Shown: piece after piece, positions 10,936 through 21,496 of the stretch
Numbering within the stretch: the stretch's first letter is position 1
Layout of the letters: every line of letters begins with the position of its first letter
Origin: an uncultured Gemmatimonadales bacterium
GTDB taxonomy: Bacteria; Gemmatimonadota; Gemmatimonadetes; Longimicrobiales; RSA9
DNA length: 64,000 nt
Direction of reading: 5' to 3'
Assembly (NCBI GenBank): GCA_963783305.1
Contig: CAWAMW010000011.1
Span: forward strand, 1-64,000
The notes under the pieces: model-generated
Told to the model about the DNA's origin: nothing
The model's database searches: none
What the model saw: the letters and a program-made list of their open reading frames with translations, nothing else
Position numbers and translations under genes: made by a program

Positions 10936-13584
10936 CTAGAACCGCGTGAACACCAGCAGTGCGGTCCCGATGGTGGCCGCCACCTGCGCGACGTCCCGGA
11001 TGATCTGCCCGACATCGGTCCGCGCGTCCTCGGGCACCAGCGGTACGGTCACGGTGCTGCCCGGACCCGGCTCCGGTGCAGTCTTGAAGAGCAGGACCTT
11101 CTTGCTCACCGCGCCGAGGCCGTTCGCATATCGGATGTGGACCGCATCGCGATCGGCGTGGCGGGCGTAGCCGCCGGCGTTCTGGATGTAGTAGTCCAGG
11201 CCGGCGCCTTCGCGGTACATGACCGCCGCCGGCGAGTTGACGGCCCCGCGGACGGTCACGACCGGGTTGTACTCGGGCACCACCATGGAGTCGCCGGGCA
11301 GGAGTACGATATCGTAGCGGGAGCCCGGCGCCTCCAGGACGCGCTCCAGGTCGACGCTGGCGAGCGTACCGTCGCGATAGAACCGGAACCCGCCGGGGAA
11401 GGCGGTCATGCTGAGGCCGCCCGCCCGCTCGATCACCTGGGACAGCCGCTCGCCCTTGGACGTCAGCATATAGCTGCCGGGATACTGCACTTCGCCGCTG
11501 AGAGCCACGGTCCGGTCCTCGTCCTCGAGGTTCGGCAGCCGTCTCACGAAGATGTGGTCATCCGGCTGGAGGACCACCTGTTCGGCGCGGTCCACGCCGT
11601 CATCCCCTGCCGTATCGCCCCGGTAGTAGCGAATCCCCCGGTCCGACACGATGTACGACCGGTCCACCGGGACCCGGAACGTCTCCGTGAGCTGCCCCGC
11701 GTCGCGGGCCGCGGGGTCCGGCCGGCGAGTGACCTCGACCTCGAGGTCGGCCGCCGGCGTGAGGCCGCCCGCCTCCAGCAGCAGGTCGCCGAGCGTGAGG
11801 CCTTCCCGGAAGCGGATGGCGCGGCGCGGCCCCTCCCGGACTTCGCCGGAGACGCGGACGTACATGGAGTCCTGGAAGGTGGTGCGGGAGAAGATGCGGA
11901 TGGCATCGTGCTCCTGGAGCACCGGATTCTCGATGGGCAGCCCGTCCGGCCCGGTCTCCAGCGAGAAGTCCACCACGCTCACGGTGGAGTCGGACGGGTC
12001 GAGTCGGGCGATATGGGCGCGGGCGCGTAGCGCATCGGGCTTGAGACCTTCCGCGGCGGCGATGGCGTCCCACGCGCGCATGCCGGGCCGAAAGGCGAAG
12101 GTGCAGACCGGTGCGGTATCTTCCGCTGCTGGCATGAAGGCCGAGTCGGCGCCGACGGTGTCGCCCGGGAACCCCGTCCGGACCCCCCGGTCCGTCGTGC
12201 CCGGCTCCCCCTGCGGCTTTCGCGGCTCGATCTCGCAGTCCTTCCATACGGCCCCCGAGACGGTGATCACGCGTCGGAGCTCGGGCCGAACCCTGAACAC
12301 GCGGAGCTCGTCCCCGTCGCGGATCTTCGGGGCTGGCACTAGACCGCGGATCATGGCCGAGAGGTCGACCTCCACCACCGTGCGGTCCACGCCCGCCTCC
12401 GTGCGCTCGCCGGCCGGCAGGATCCGGGTGATCCGCGCGCGTCCGAGTGCGGCGGGCGCCGTGAGCCCGCCCGCGAACTGGAGCAGGTCCATGAGGTCCT
12501 CGCCCGGCAGCACCTCGTAGATGGCCGGTCGCCCCACCTCGCCCTTCACCGCCACCTGGGGGCCGTGGATGGGCACGAAGATCACATCGCCAGGCTGGAG
12601 CGCGAGGCCGGAGAGGTTGTCGCCGCGGGTCAGGTACCCGTACAGGTCCACCTCGGCGGCCAGGCCGCCGTCCCGCATGACGCGGACGGAGCGGAAGCTG
12701 CCGTTCGGCTGCGGTCCGTGCGCCTGGTAGAGCGCGTTCAGGACGGAGGCAACGGGGCTCGTCAGGTACGATCCCGGCTGCACCACCTCGCCCGTGATGA
12801 AGAGCTGGTTGGACCGGAGCCGGCCCAGCGTGATCTCGAAATGGGTGCTGGCCTCCGGGCCCCGGCCGATCCCCGAGTACGCCTGCCCCAGCACACCGAA
12901 GAGCCGGTCGCGCAGCTCGCTCAGCGTGAGGCCGTTCACCCAGACCTGCCCCACCTGCGGGATCACCACGAAGCCCTCGCGCGTCACCGGGAGGGTGTAC
13001 GCCTGCTCCACGTCTCCCGTGAGAATGAGGGTCAGCTCGTCGCCCGGGCCGAGCATGTAACCCGGCGGCACCGGCCCGATGGCCATGGGCTCGAACTCGC
13101 TCGTCCCTCGCGCGAACGTGCGCAGCCCGAAGACCCGGAGGTCATGCTCCCGTTCGATGGCCGTGGAGTCGGGGAGTATGACCTGCGAGCCCGGAGCCAG
13201 CCGGGCCGAGTCCACGGCTCCCAGGCGAGTGGTGTCGGGCTGGAACTGGATATCCAGCGCCTGCAGGGCGGTCAGGACATCACGGGTCGGTGCGGGCGGA
13301 GAATCCACTCCGGTGCCCAGGTACGCGTCCAGGATGGACGGGTCGTAGCCGCGCGAGGCCAGCTGCTGGCGCATCTGGGCGGGGGACATGCCGGAGTTCA
13401 GGAGCCGCTGGCGCAGCTGGTCTCCGACCCCCATGGACTCGACCTGCCGCTGGATGTCCTGCGCGGACGTGCCCGGCGGCGGCACGGTCTGGGCGCTCGC
13501 CGGAGCGGGCGCGAATGAGGCGAGGGCCGCCAGGATCAGGACGGCGAGGGGAGCGGCGGAAGCCGGGCGCTGCACATGCTTCAT
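10936..13584 (-). CDS. Polysaccharide export protein with multiple SLBB domains (Wza/KpsD-like)
   Basis: Signal peptide, YMLGPGDEL...G, repeated V.GEV..PG.Y / LL..AGGL SLBB motifs, C-terminal amphipathic helix. Confidence 0.9.
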   Translation of the reverse strand: MKHVQRPASAAPLAVLILAALASFAPAPASAQTVPPPGTSAQDIQRQVESMGVGDQLRQRLLNSGMSPAQMRQQLASRGYDPSILDAYLGTGVDSPPAPTRDVLTALQALDIQFQPDTTRLGAVDSARLAPGSQVILPDSTAIEREHDLRVFGLRTFARGTSEFEPMAIGPVPPGYMLGPGDELTLILTGDVEQAYTLPVTREGFVVIPQVGQVWVNGLTLSELRDRLFGVLGQAYSGIGRGPEASTHFEITLGRLRSNQLFITGEVVQPGSYLTSPVASVLNALYQAHGPQPNGSFRSVRVMRDGGLAAEVDLYGYLTRGDNLSGLALQPGDVIFVPIHGPQVAVKGEVGRPAIYEVLPGEDLMDLLQFAGGLTAPAALGRARITRILPAGERTEAGVDRTVVEVDLSAMIRGLVPAPKIRDGDELRVFRVRPELRRVITVSGAVWKDCEIEPRKPQGEPGTTDRGVRTGFPGDTVGADSAFMPAAEDTAPVCTFAFRPGMRAWDAIAAAEGLKPDALRARAHIARLDPSDSTVSVVDFSLETGPDGLPIENPVLQEHDAIRIFSRTTFQDSMYVRVSGEVREGPRRAIRFREGLTLGDLLLEAGGLTPAADLEVEVTRRPDPAARDAGQLTETFRVPVDRSYIVSDRGIRYYRGDTAGDDGVDRAEQVVLQPDDHIFVRRLPNLEDEDRTVALSGEVQYPGSYMLTSKGERLSQVIERAGGLSMTAFPGGFRFYRDGTLASVDLERVLEAPGSRYDIVLLPGDSMVVPEYNPVVTVRGAVNSPAAVMYREGAGLDYYIQNAGGYARHADRDAVHIRYANGLGAVSKKVLLFKTAPEPGPGSTVTVPLVPEDARTDVGQIIRDVAQVAATIGTALLVFTRF

Positions 13585-13768
13585 TGCGGTCTCGGTACGG
13601 TTGCTTCGGTTCAGAACGTCGGCGGGACAACGGAGAAGGATAACCGGCGTTCCACAGGGTGACAACTACTCGGACGTCGCCGGACTCGGTGCTCGAAGGG
13701 GCTCGGAAGAAGGCCGCGGGATGCCGGGGCCGCACTCGTCCCTTCCGGCTATCGCTCTGCCCCGCGCG

Positions 13769-14266
13769 TCAGCCGACTATCCATGCGGTACCGCCAATGG
13801 CGAGCACCACGAACGCCGCGGCCACCTTGAGCGCCGCCGCCATGCCGCGGGCCAGGACCACGCCCCAGCCCACGCGTGACGCGGCCGCCAGGTCGCCCGA
13901 CTCGTGGAGCGAGAGCGCCGCGGCGCCGATAAAAGAACCGACCACACCCGCAACCACCGGACCGAGGACAGGGATGGGAAGCCCGACGAAAACGCCCACC
14001 GTGCCGCCGATGACGGCGCCCCAGAACGCGCGGTTGGTGCCACCGTACCGGATGCTCATGCGCCGGACGATGAGGAACTCCAGGAACTCGGCCGTGGCGG
14101 CCACCGCGACCACCGTCATGAGCGCGCCCGCCCCCACCGCTCCCAGGAGCGCGCCCGCGCCCACCACCGCCACCATGAGCCAGAGACCCGGCCAGCCCAG
14201 GGGGATGAGCAGGATGCAGAGGAACATCACGAGCACGGCGGCCCAGCCGAGGAGCATCATGGACAT
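13769..14266 (-). CDS. DUF456-like membrane protein
   Basis: GWPGLWLM, YGGTNRAFWGAVIGGTVG, GSFIGA pattern; hydrophobic. Confidence 0.8.
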   Translation of the reverse strand: MSMMLLGWAAVLVMFLCILLIPLGWPGLWLMVAVVGAGALLGAVGAGALMTVVAVAATAEFLEFLIVRRMSIRYGGTNRAFWGAVIGGTVGVFVGLPIPVLGPVVAGVVGSFIGAAALSLHESGDLAAASRVGWGVVLARGMAAALKVAAAFVVLAIGGTAWIVG

Positions 14267-14287
14267 CTCCGTTCCGGTGTGAAGGTC

Positions 14288-14980
14288 ATGGCGATCCGGG
14301 GGATCCGGGAATGGCCCGTCCGGGAGCGGCCCCGCGAGCGCCTCCGGTCGGTGGGTCCCGGCGCATTATCCGTGCGCGAATTGCTGGCGATCCTGGTGGG
14401 GAGCGGCGTGGGCGGGCGCACCGCGGTGGACGTCGCCGGTGAGCTGGTGGCCGCCGCCGATGGGTCGCTGCGTCGGCTGTCGCGGATGCCGCCCTCCGGC
14501 CTGGAGGCGGTGCCCGGAGTGGGCGAGGCCGTGACCGCGCGGGTGTGTGCGGCGCTGGAGCTGGGCCGGCGCATGGCGCGGGAGGGCCCTGCGGAGCGCG
14601 GCCGCATCGGCGGCCCCAGGGACGTCTACGAGCGCTGCGCTCCCACCATGCGTGACCTCAGCCACGAGGAGTTCCGGGTCCTGCTCCTGAATACGCAGCA
14701 CGCGGTCACCCGCGAGGTCACCGTGACCCGCGGCGTGCTCGATGGCTCCCTGATCCACCCGCGCGAGGTCTTCAAGCCCGCCATCGCCGAGAGCGCCGCC
14801 GCCATTGTGCTGGTCCACAACCACCCTTCCGGCGACCCCGCGCCCTCCGCCGAGGACCGCGCGGTGACGCGCCAGCTCGCCGAGGCGGGCGCGGTCCTGG
14901 GCATCCCGGTCCTGGACCACGTCGTGATCGGCGATGGCCGCTTCATCAGCTTCGTGGAGGCGGGGCTCCTGTCGAAGTAA
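14288..14980 (+). CDS. radC: RadC/JAB-domain protein
   Basis: ERPRERL, ELLAIL, IHPREVFK, VHNHPSGDPAPSAED, LDHVVIG. Confidence 0.95.
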   Translation: MAIRGIREWPVRERPRERLRSVGPGALSVRELLAILVGSGVGGRTAVDVAGELVAAADGSLRRLSRMPPSGLEAVPGVGEAVTARVCAALELGRRMAREGPAERGRIGGPRDVYERCAPTMRDLSHEEFRVLLLNTQHAVTREVTVTRGVLDGSLIHPREVFKPAIAESAAAIVLVHNHPSGDPAPSAEDRAVTRQLAEAGAVLGIPVLDHVVIGDGRFISFVEAGLLSK

Positions 14981-15087
14981 CTTCGACGCAGGGCGGCAGC
15001 GGGTCCCGCAAGGGGGGCGCGGCTGGAGATTCGGCCAGCGGTCCACTACATTGCCGCCGCTTCCACCCGGCATCCACGAGGACCGAA

Positions 15088-15915
15088 ATGCAGCAGGAGC
15101 TCTCGACGGCAGAGGACGCCGCCCGCGCCGCGGGCGCAGCGGCCATGCGCTTTTATGGAACCCGGCGTTCGTCCACCAAATCGGACGACTCGCCGGTCAC
15201 CGCCGCGGACCACGCCGCCAATGATGTGATCCTGGCGCGTCTGCGGGAGGCGTTCCCCGGGGATGCGATTCTGTCGGAGGAGAGCCGCGACACCCGGGAG
15301 CGTCTGTCGGCCGACCGGGTCTGGATCGTCGACCCGCTGGATGGCACGAAGGAGTTCCTGGCGCAGAACGGCGAGTTCTCCATCATGATCGGGCTCGTGG
15401 TATCCGGGGAGCCGGTTCTGGGCGTGGTGTACCTCCCGGACGGTGACGTCCTCTACAGTGCCGCACGGGGCGTGGGCGCGTGGGTGGAACGCGGCGGGAC
15501 GGGCGGTGCCGGCGGCCGGCAGCGGCTCACCGTCACCAACGCCGCCACCGGCGCGTTGCGGCTCGTGGGCTCCCGCAGCCACGCCGAGCCACTCCTCGTC
15601 CGGATGCAGGAGGCGCTCGGGATCGAGGACGTGGAGCCGTGTGGGTCGGTGGGGGTGAAGTGCAGCCGCATCGCCGAGGGGCGCAGGGACCTCTACGTCC
15701 ACCCGGTGCCGTACCTGAAGGAATGGGACACCTGCGCGCCGGAGGTGCTGTTGCGGGAGGCGGGAGGGGCGGTCACCGACTGCCTCGGCCAGCCGCTCCG
15801 GTACAACAAGCCGGAGCCCACGCAGCCGCACGGGATCGTGGCGTGCGGGGGCGGGTGCATCGAGCGGGTCCTGGAGGCGGTCACGCCGCTGTACGAGGCC
15901 GAGGGAGGGGCGTGA
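15088..15915 (+). CDS. cysQ: 3'(2'),5'-bisphosphate nucleotidase
   Basis: SPVTAAD, LSEE, WIVDPLDGTKEFL, SRSH, EWDTCA; adjacent to cysD/cysN. Confidence 0.93.
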   Translation: MQQELSTAEDAARAAGAAAMRFYGTRRSSTKSDDSPVTAADHAANDVILARLREAFPGDAILSEESRDTRERLSADRVWIVDPLDGTKEFLAQNGEFSIMIGLVVSGEPVLGVVYLPDGDVLYSAARGVGAWVERGGTGGAGGRQRLTVTNAATGALRLVGSRSHAEPLLVRMQEALGIEDVEPCGSVGVKCSRIAEGRRDLYVHPVPYLKEWDTCAPEVLLREAGGAVTDCLGQPLRYNKPEPTQPHGIVACGGGCIERVLEAVTPLYEAEGGA

Positions 15916-15920
15916 GGGAG

Positions 15921-16252
15921 GGCCGGGGGTCGATCGCGGCGCTGCGCGCTGACTGGTCGACCGCGCGCTGCGCGCGCTGGTCGATCGCTTCGGCCTTCGG
16001 CCTCGCTGGTCGATCTCCGCTTCGCTCCGTTTTTTGCCTGCGTCCGTTCGCGACATGGCGGGCGGCTGGCGGCGCGGACGCTGGCGGTTCCTTCGACGCC
16101 GCGCTCTGCGCGGTCGCCGCGCGCGTGAGCGCGGGCGATCGACCCCCGCGAAGCGGGTCCTCCAGGGCGCGGGGCGCCCGCCGGGGATCGACCCCCGCGC
16201 CAGCGGGTCCCGGAGGTCGCGGAGCGACCGCAGGGATCGACCCCCGCGCCCT
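15921..16252. repeat. Family-A palindromic repeat element (GGTCGAYC+hairpin left arm; GATCGACCCCCGCG right arm x3)
   Basis: Repeated motifs read directly; homologous to 21076-21372. Confidence 0.85.
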
Positions 16253-16264
16253 GCCGCTGCCGCG

Positions 16265-18058
16265 ATGACCCCGGACCTCGGCTGGCCCGCCTGGCTCACG
16301 CTCGCGGTGGTGACCCTCACCGTCCTCGGCATGGTGCGCGACTGGGTGAGTCCGGCGGTCGCGGTGTTCGGCGCGGATGTCGTTCTTCTGGTGGCGGGGG
16401 TGATCACCGCGGAGCAGGCGTTCAGCGGGTTCAGCAACCCCGCGCCGATCACGGTGGCCGCCCTCTTCGTCCTGGCCCGGGCGGTGGAGAAGACGGGGGC
16501 GCTCCAGCCGCTGGTCCGGGGCATCCTCGGGGACGGGCAGGGGCGGCCGAACCCGCGCCGGAGCCGGCTGGCGCGGCTGCTGCTGCCCACCGCCGCGTCA
16601 TCGGCGTTCCTCAACAACACGCCGGTGGTGGCGATGCTCGCGCCGCAGGTGGCCGACTGGGCGGAGAAGCGTGGCCAGAGCGCATCGCGCTACCTGATGC
16701 CGTTGAGCTTCGCCACGATCCTGGGTGGCACCATCACCCTCATCGGCACGTCCACGAACCTGGTGGTGGCGGGGCTGATGCAGGAGGCCGGGCTCGAGCC
16801 GCTGGGGATGTTCGAGCTGGCGCGCATCGGGCTTCCGGCCGCCCTCGTGGGGATCGGGCTGATCCTGCTCCTGGCGCCCCGGGTCCTGCCGGAGCGGCGG
16901 CCACCGCGGCGCGCGTTCGAGGAGGATGTCCGGGAGTACGTGATCCAGCAGCGGGTGGCCCGTGGCGGCCCGCTCGATGGCCGGACCGTCGCCGAGGCCG
17001 GGCTCCGTCACCTGGAGGGAGTGTTCCTGGCGGAGATCGAGCGGGACGGCGAGACCGTGGCGCCCGTGGCGCCCACCACGGTGCTGCACGGCGACGACCG
17101 GCTGGCCTTCGTAGGCCGGGTGGACACGGTCCGGGACCTCCAGCAGATCGCCGGTCTGCTGGCCGAGGAGCAGAAGCACGCGGAGCCCTTCTCCGACACC
17201 GCCCACACCTTCTTCGAAGTGGTGGTGAGCCCCGCCAGCTCACTGGCCGGGAAGACGCTCCGGGAGGCCGACTTCCGGAGCCGGTTCCAGGCCGCCGTCC
17301 TCGCCATCCACCGCGCGGGCGCGCGGGTGAACGAGAAGCTCGGCAGGGTGGAGCTCAAGGAGGGAGACACGCTGCTGGTGCTGAGCGATCGGGGGTTCGG
17401 CGCCCGCTGGCGCGACCGAAGCGAGTTCCTGCTGGTCAGCCACCTCGGCGGCAACCCTCCGCCGCCCGCGCGCCAGGCCTATTTCGTCGGTGCCGTCATG
17501 CTGGGGGTGATCCTGATCGCGGGGCTCGGAGGGATCCCGATCCTGCATACCGCGCTGGTCGGCGCGATCCTGCTGGTGCTGGGCGGGGCGCTCACGCCCG
17601 GCGAGGCGCGGGACAGCCTGGAGCTGGACACGCTGGTGCTCATCGCTTCGTCCTTCGGGCTCGGCGCCGCCATCGAGGCCAGCGGTCTCGCGGGCGTCGC
17701 GGGCCACCTCATCGTCGAGAGCCTGGCGGGCTGGGGCGGGATCGGGATCCTGCTCGGCGTTACGCTCGCCACGGTGGTTCTGACGGAGCTGATTACCAAT
17801 AACGCCGCGGCGGTGTTAGTTTTCCCGATCGCACTGGCCGCGGCCGCGGAGATCGGTGTGGACCCGCGGCCGCTCCTGATCGGACTGACGGTGGCGGCTT
17901 CGGCCAGCTTCCTGACCCCGATCGGCTATCAGACCAACACCATGGTCTATGGCATGGGCGGCTACCGCTTCACCGACTATGCTCGGCTGGGGGCGCCGCT
18001 CACACTCGTAATCATCCTGACCATACTCCTGTTCGTTCCTGTATTCTGGGCATTCTGA
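16265..18058 (+). CDS. SLC13-family permease with TrkA-C domains (probable sulfate transporter)
   Basis: GFSNPA, SAFLNNTPVVAM, GTITLIGTSTNLVV, TNNAAA, TPIGYQTNTMVYG; start ATG 16265. Confidence 0.92.
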   Translation: MTPDLGWPAWLTLAVVTLTVLGMVRDWVSPAVAVFGADVVLLVAGVITAEQAFSGFSNPAPITVAALFVLARAVEKTGALQPLVRGILGDGQGRPNPRRSRLARLLLPTAASSAFLNNTPVVAMLAPQVADWAEKRGQSASRYLMPLSFATILGGTITLIGTSTNLVVAGLMQEAGLEPLGMFELARIGLPAALVGIGLILLLAPRVLPERRPPRRAFEEDVREYVIQQRVARGGPLDGRTVAEAGLRHLEGVFLAEIERDGETVAPVAPTTVLHGDDRLAFVGRVDTVRDLQQIAGLLAEEQKHAEPFSDTAHTFFEVVVSPASSLAGKTLREADFRSRFQAAVLAIHRAGARVNEKLGRVELKEGDTLLVLSDRGFGARWRDRSEFLLVSHLGGNPPPPARQAYFVGAVMLGVILIAGLGGIPILHTALVGAILLVLGGALTPGEARDSLELDTLVLIASSFGLGAAIEASGLAGVAGHLIVESLAGWGGIGILLGVTLATVVLTELITNNAAAVLVFPIALAAAAEIGVDPRPLLIGLTVAASASFLTPIGYQTNTMVYGMGGYRFTDYARLGAPLTLVIILTILLFVPVFWAF

Positions 18059-19023
18059 TGAAAGCGACGCAGCAAGACGTGACGATGGAACCCGATCCGA
18101 CGACCGGCGAGCACGCGCGCAGCGGCTACCGCCGCAGCCATCTCGACCAGCTCGAGAGCGAGGGGCTCTTCATCATGCGGGAGACGGCCGCCCAGTTCGA
18201 GCGACCCGTTCTCCTGTTCTCCGGCGGCAAGGACAGCATCGTCATGGTGCATTTGGCGCGAAAGGCCTTCTGGCCCGCGCCGATCCCGTTCCCGCTCCTC
18301 CACATCGACACCGGCCACAACTTCCCGGAGACGCTGGAATTCCGGGACGCGCTCGTGGACGAGGTGGGCGCGGAGCTCCGGGTCGCCTACGTGCAGGAGT
18401 CCATCGAGAAGGGGCGGGTGAAGGAGGAGTCGGGAGAGAACCCGAGCCGGAACGCGCTGCAGACCACAACGCTGCTGGACGCGCTGCGGGGGATGAAGGT
18501 GGATGCCGCGCTGGGCGGCGGTCGGCGCGACGAGGAGAAGGCGCGGGCCAAGGAGCGCTTCTTCAGCCACCGCGACCGCTTCGGCCAGTGGGACCCCAAG
18601 GGGCAACGGCCCGAGCTGTGGAACCTGTTCAACGGCCGGCGCGGACTGGACGAGCATTTCCGGGTCTTCCCGCTATCGAACTGGACCGAAATGGACGTGT
18701 GGCAGTACATCGCGCGCGAGAGCATCGCGCTGCCCTCGCTCTACTTCGCCCACGAGCGCGAGGTGGTGGAGCGCGATGGCGTGCTCCTGGCCGTCGGCCC
18801 CGACAACCGGGTGCTGGAGGACGAGAGCTCGGAACGCCGGCAGGTGCGCTGCCGGACCATCGGCGACATCACCTGCACCGGCGTCTGGGAGAGCTCCGCC
18901 ACCAGCCTGGACGAGATCATCCAGGAGGTCGCGGCCGCCCGGAAGGGTGAGCGTGGCGGCCGGAGCGATGACCAGCGATCGGAGGCCGCGATGGAGGATC
19001 GGAAAAAGCAGGGGTACTTCTGA
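18058..19023 (+). CDS. cysD: Sulfate adenylyltransferase subunit 2
   Basis: LFSGGKDS, HIDTGHNF, GGGRRDEEKARAKER, QRPELW, MEDRKKQGYF. Confidence 0.97.
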   Translation: MKATQQDVTMEPDPTTGEHARSGYRRSHLDQLESEGLFIMRETAAQFERPVLLFSGGKDSIVMVHLARKAFWPAPIPFPLLHIDTGHNFPETLEFRDALVDEVGAELRVAYVQESIEKGRVKEESGENPSRNALQTTTLLDALRGMKVDAALGGGRRDEEKARAKERFFSHRDRFGQWDPKGQRPELWNLFNGRRGLDEHFRVFPLSNWTEMDVWQYIARESIALPSLYFAHEREVVERDGVLLAVGPDNRVLEDESSERRQVRCRTIGDITCTGVWESSATSLDEIIQEVAAARKGERGGRSDDQRSEAAMEDRKKQGYF

Positions 19024-19131
19024 GCCTGGGAGTCATCGAGGGGGCGGAGTGACGCGCAGGACAGCTTCGTGTCCGGGGCATTCCCATGGTGGGACCGGAC
19101 AGTTCATTTCAATCGGTGAGAACGAAAGAAC

Positions 19132-21075
19132 GTGACCGTCAAGACCAGGAACCAGGAACGCCCCGCCCCTCCGGCGGAGTCCAACCCGTACCGCCACATG
19201 GACCTGCTGCGCTTCAGCACGGCCGGGTCCGTGGATGACGGGAAGAGCACCCTCATCGGCCGGCTCCTCTACGACACGAAGAGCATCTTCGAGGATCAGA
19301 TGGAGGCGGTGGAGCGGACCAGTCGCCAGCGTGGCGAGGGTGAGGTGAACCTGGCGCTGCTCACGGATGGACTGCGTGCGGAGCGCGAGCAGAACATCAC
19401 CATCGATGTCGCCTACCGGTACTTCGCGACGCCGAAGCGCAAGTTCATCATCGCGGACACGCCCGGCCACGTGCAGTACACTCGGAACATGGTGACGGGC
19501 GCCAGCACGGCGGAGCTCGCCATCATCCTGGTGGACGCGCGGAAGGGTGTGCTGACGCAGAGCAAGCGGCACGGTTTCATCGCGAGCCTCCTGGGGATCC
19601 CGCACCTGGTAGTGGCGGTGAACAAGATGGACCTGGTGGACTACTCCCAGGAGGTGTTCGAGGAGATCCGCCAGGAGTACACCGACTTCGCGGCCAAGCT
19701 CGACGCTGACGACCTCACGTTCATCCCCATCAGCGCCCTCAAGGGCGACAACGTGGTGCACAAGAGCGACGCCATGTCGTGGTATGACGGCCCGACGCTC
19801 CTCCACCACCTGGAGACGGTGCCGGTGGGCTCCAGCCGGAACCTCATCGATTTCCGCTTCCCGGTGCAGTACGTGGTCCGGCCGAACCAGGACTTCCGGG
19901 GCTACGCTGGCCGGATCGCCAGCGGCACCGTATCGCCGGGCGAGGACGTGGTGGCGCTGCCGAGCGGGATCGCCACGCACGTGAAGACGGTGGAGACCAT
20001 GGACGGCGCGCTCGACGAGGGGTCCGCCGGCCAGTCCGTGGTGATCACCCTCGAGGACGAGATCGACATCTCCCGCGGCGACATGATCGTCCGGAGCAAC
20101 AACCTGCCGCACGTGGCGGAGCGGTTCGATGCCACGCTGGCGTGGATGGGGGAGGAGACGCTGGACCTGTCGCGTCCGTACGTCCTCATGCACACCACGC
20201 GGGAGGCGCAGGCGTTCATCAGCAAGCTCCATTACCGGATCAACGTGGACACGCTCCATCGCGAGGACGCCGACACGCTGGCGCTCAACGAGATGGCCCG
20301 CGTGGAGGTCACCGCCAGCCAGGACATCTTCTTCGATCCGTACGAGACCAACCGCGAGACCGGCGGCTTCATCCTGGTCGACCCGCATACGAACGCCACG
20401 GTGGCCGCCGGGATGATCCGGGGCGAGGTCCGGACGGCCGAGGCGATCTTCCATACGGACCGCAAGGAACGGCTCAGCAGCCCCCACGTGGTGTGGGAGG
20501 CGTGGAACGTGCCCCGCGAGCGCCGTGAGGCGCGCAACGGCCACGAGGCCAACATCCTCTGGTTCACCGGCCTGTCCGGCTCCGGCAAGAGCACCATCGC
20601 CCGTGCCCTGGAGCGCCGCCTCTTCGAGGATGGCGTCCACACGATGCTCCTGGATGGCGATCAGGTCCGCCACGGCCTGTGCGCCGACCTCGGATTCAGC
20701 GCCGAGGACCGGGCGGAGAACATCCGCCGCGTGGGCGAGGTGGCCCGTCTCTTCTTCGAGGCCGGACACCTGGTCATCTGCACCTTCATCTCGCCGTTCC
20801 GGAAGGACCGGGAGCACGCCCGTGGGCTGGTCCCCGGTGGACGCTTCACGGAGGTGTTCATCGACACGCCGCTGGACGTCTGCATGGACCGTGACCCCAA
20901 GGGCCTCTACGCCAAGGCCAAGGCCGGGGAGATCAAGGACATGACCGGGCTCTCCAGCCCGTACGAGGCCCCGGAGGACCCGGAGGTCGTGGTGGAGACG
21001 GCCGGGGTGACGGAGGAGGAGGCCGTCGAGCGGCTGTATCAGGCGCTGCGGCAGCGCGGGGTGCTGCCGGGCTAG
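19132..21075 (+). CDS. cysNC: Bifunctional sulfate adenylyltransferase subunit 1 / APS kinase
   Basis: [26 protein letters not shown]-terminal [22 protein letters not shown] kinase domain. Confidence 0.97.
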   Translation: MTVKTRNQERPAPPAESNPYRHMDLLRFSTAGSVDDGKSTLIGRLLYDTKSIFEDQMEAVERTSRQRGEGEVNLALLTDGLRAEREQNITIDVAYRYFATPKRKFIIADTPGHVQYTRNMVTGASTAELAIILVDARKGVLTQSKRHGFIASLLGIPHLVVAVNKMDLVDYSQEVFEEIRQEYTDFAAKLDADDLTFIPISALKGDNVVHKSDAMSWYDGPTLLHHLETVPVGSSRNLIDFRFPVQYVVRPNQDFRGYAGRIASGTVSPGEDVVALPSGIATHVKTVETMDGALDEGSAGQSVVITLEDEIDISRGDMIVRSNNLPHVAERFDATLAWMGEETLDLSRPYVLMHTTREAQAFISKLHYRINVDTLHREDADTLALNEMARVEVTASQDIFFDPYETNRETGGFILVDPHTNATVAAGMIRGEVRTAEAIFHTDRKERLSSPHVVWEAWNVPRERREARNGHEANILWFTGLSGSGKSTIARALERRLFEDGVHTMLLDGDQVRHGLCADLGFSAEDRAENIRRVGEVARLFFEAGHLVICTFISPFRKDREHARGLVPGGRFTEVFIDTPLDVCMDRDPKGLYAKAKAGEIKDMTGLSSPYEAPEDPEVVVETAGVTEEEAVERLYQALRQRGVLPG

Positions 21076-21372
21076 AGGCGCGCGACCAGAGGCGGCCGCT
21101 GGCGCACTTCGACCGCGGCGCTGCGCGCCGGCTGGTCGACCGCGCGCCGCGCGCGCTGGTCGATCGCTTCGGCCTGCGGCCTCGCTGGTCGATCTCCGCT
21201 TTCCTCCGTCTCTCGCCTGCGTACGCGGGATCCGTGAGGAACGCTGGCTACTCCGACTCTCGCCGTCCCTTCGACGCCGCGCTCCGCGCGATCGCCGCGC
21301 GCGGAGCGCGGGCGATCGACCCCCGCGCCAGCGGGTCCCGCAGGTCGCGCAGCGACCGCAGGGATCGACCGT
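21076..21372. repeat. Family-A palindromic repeat element
   Basis: GCTGGTCGAYC+hairpin x3, a 56-bp core, then GATCGACCCCCGCGCCAGCGGGTCCCG-hairpin-GGGATCGACC. Confidence 0.88.
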
Positions 21373-21496
21373 CGCTCTTGCCCGCCGCACCTCCCCGCCT
21401 GTTACCTTAGGGTGGTCCTGAACCGCCGCACCCGTCGGGGGTAGGACCCGAGAGCTAGAGAGCGACTGAAGCCGCGCCGCGCCCGATCTGTGGGCG

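Noticed and set aside
14288..14980. radC as a marker of a mobile element
   Set aside because: Full-length chromosomal-type RadC with host-like codon usage and no mobility genes next to it
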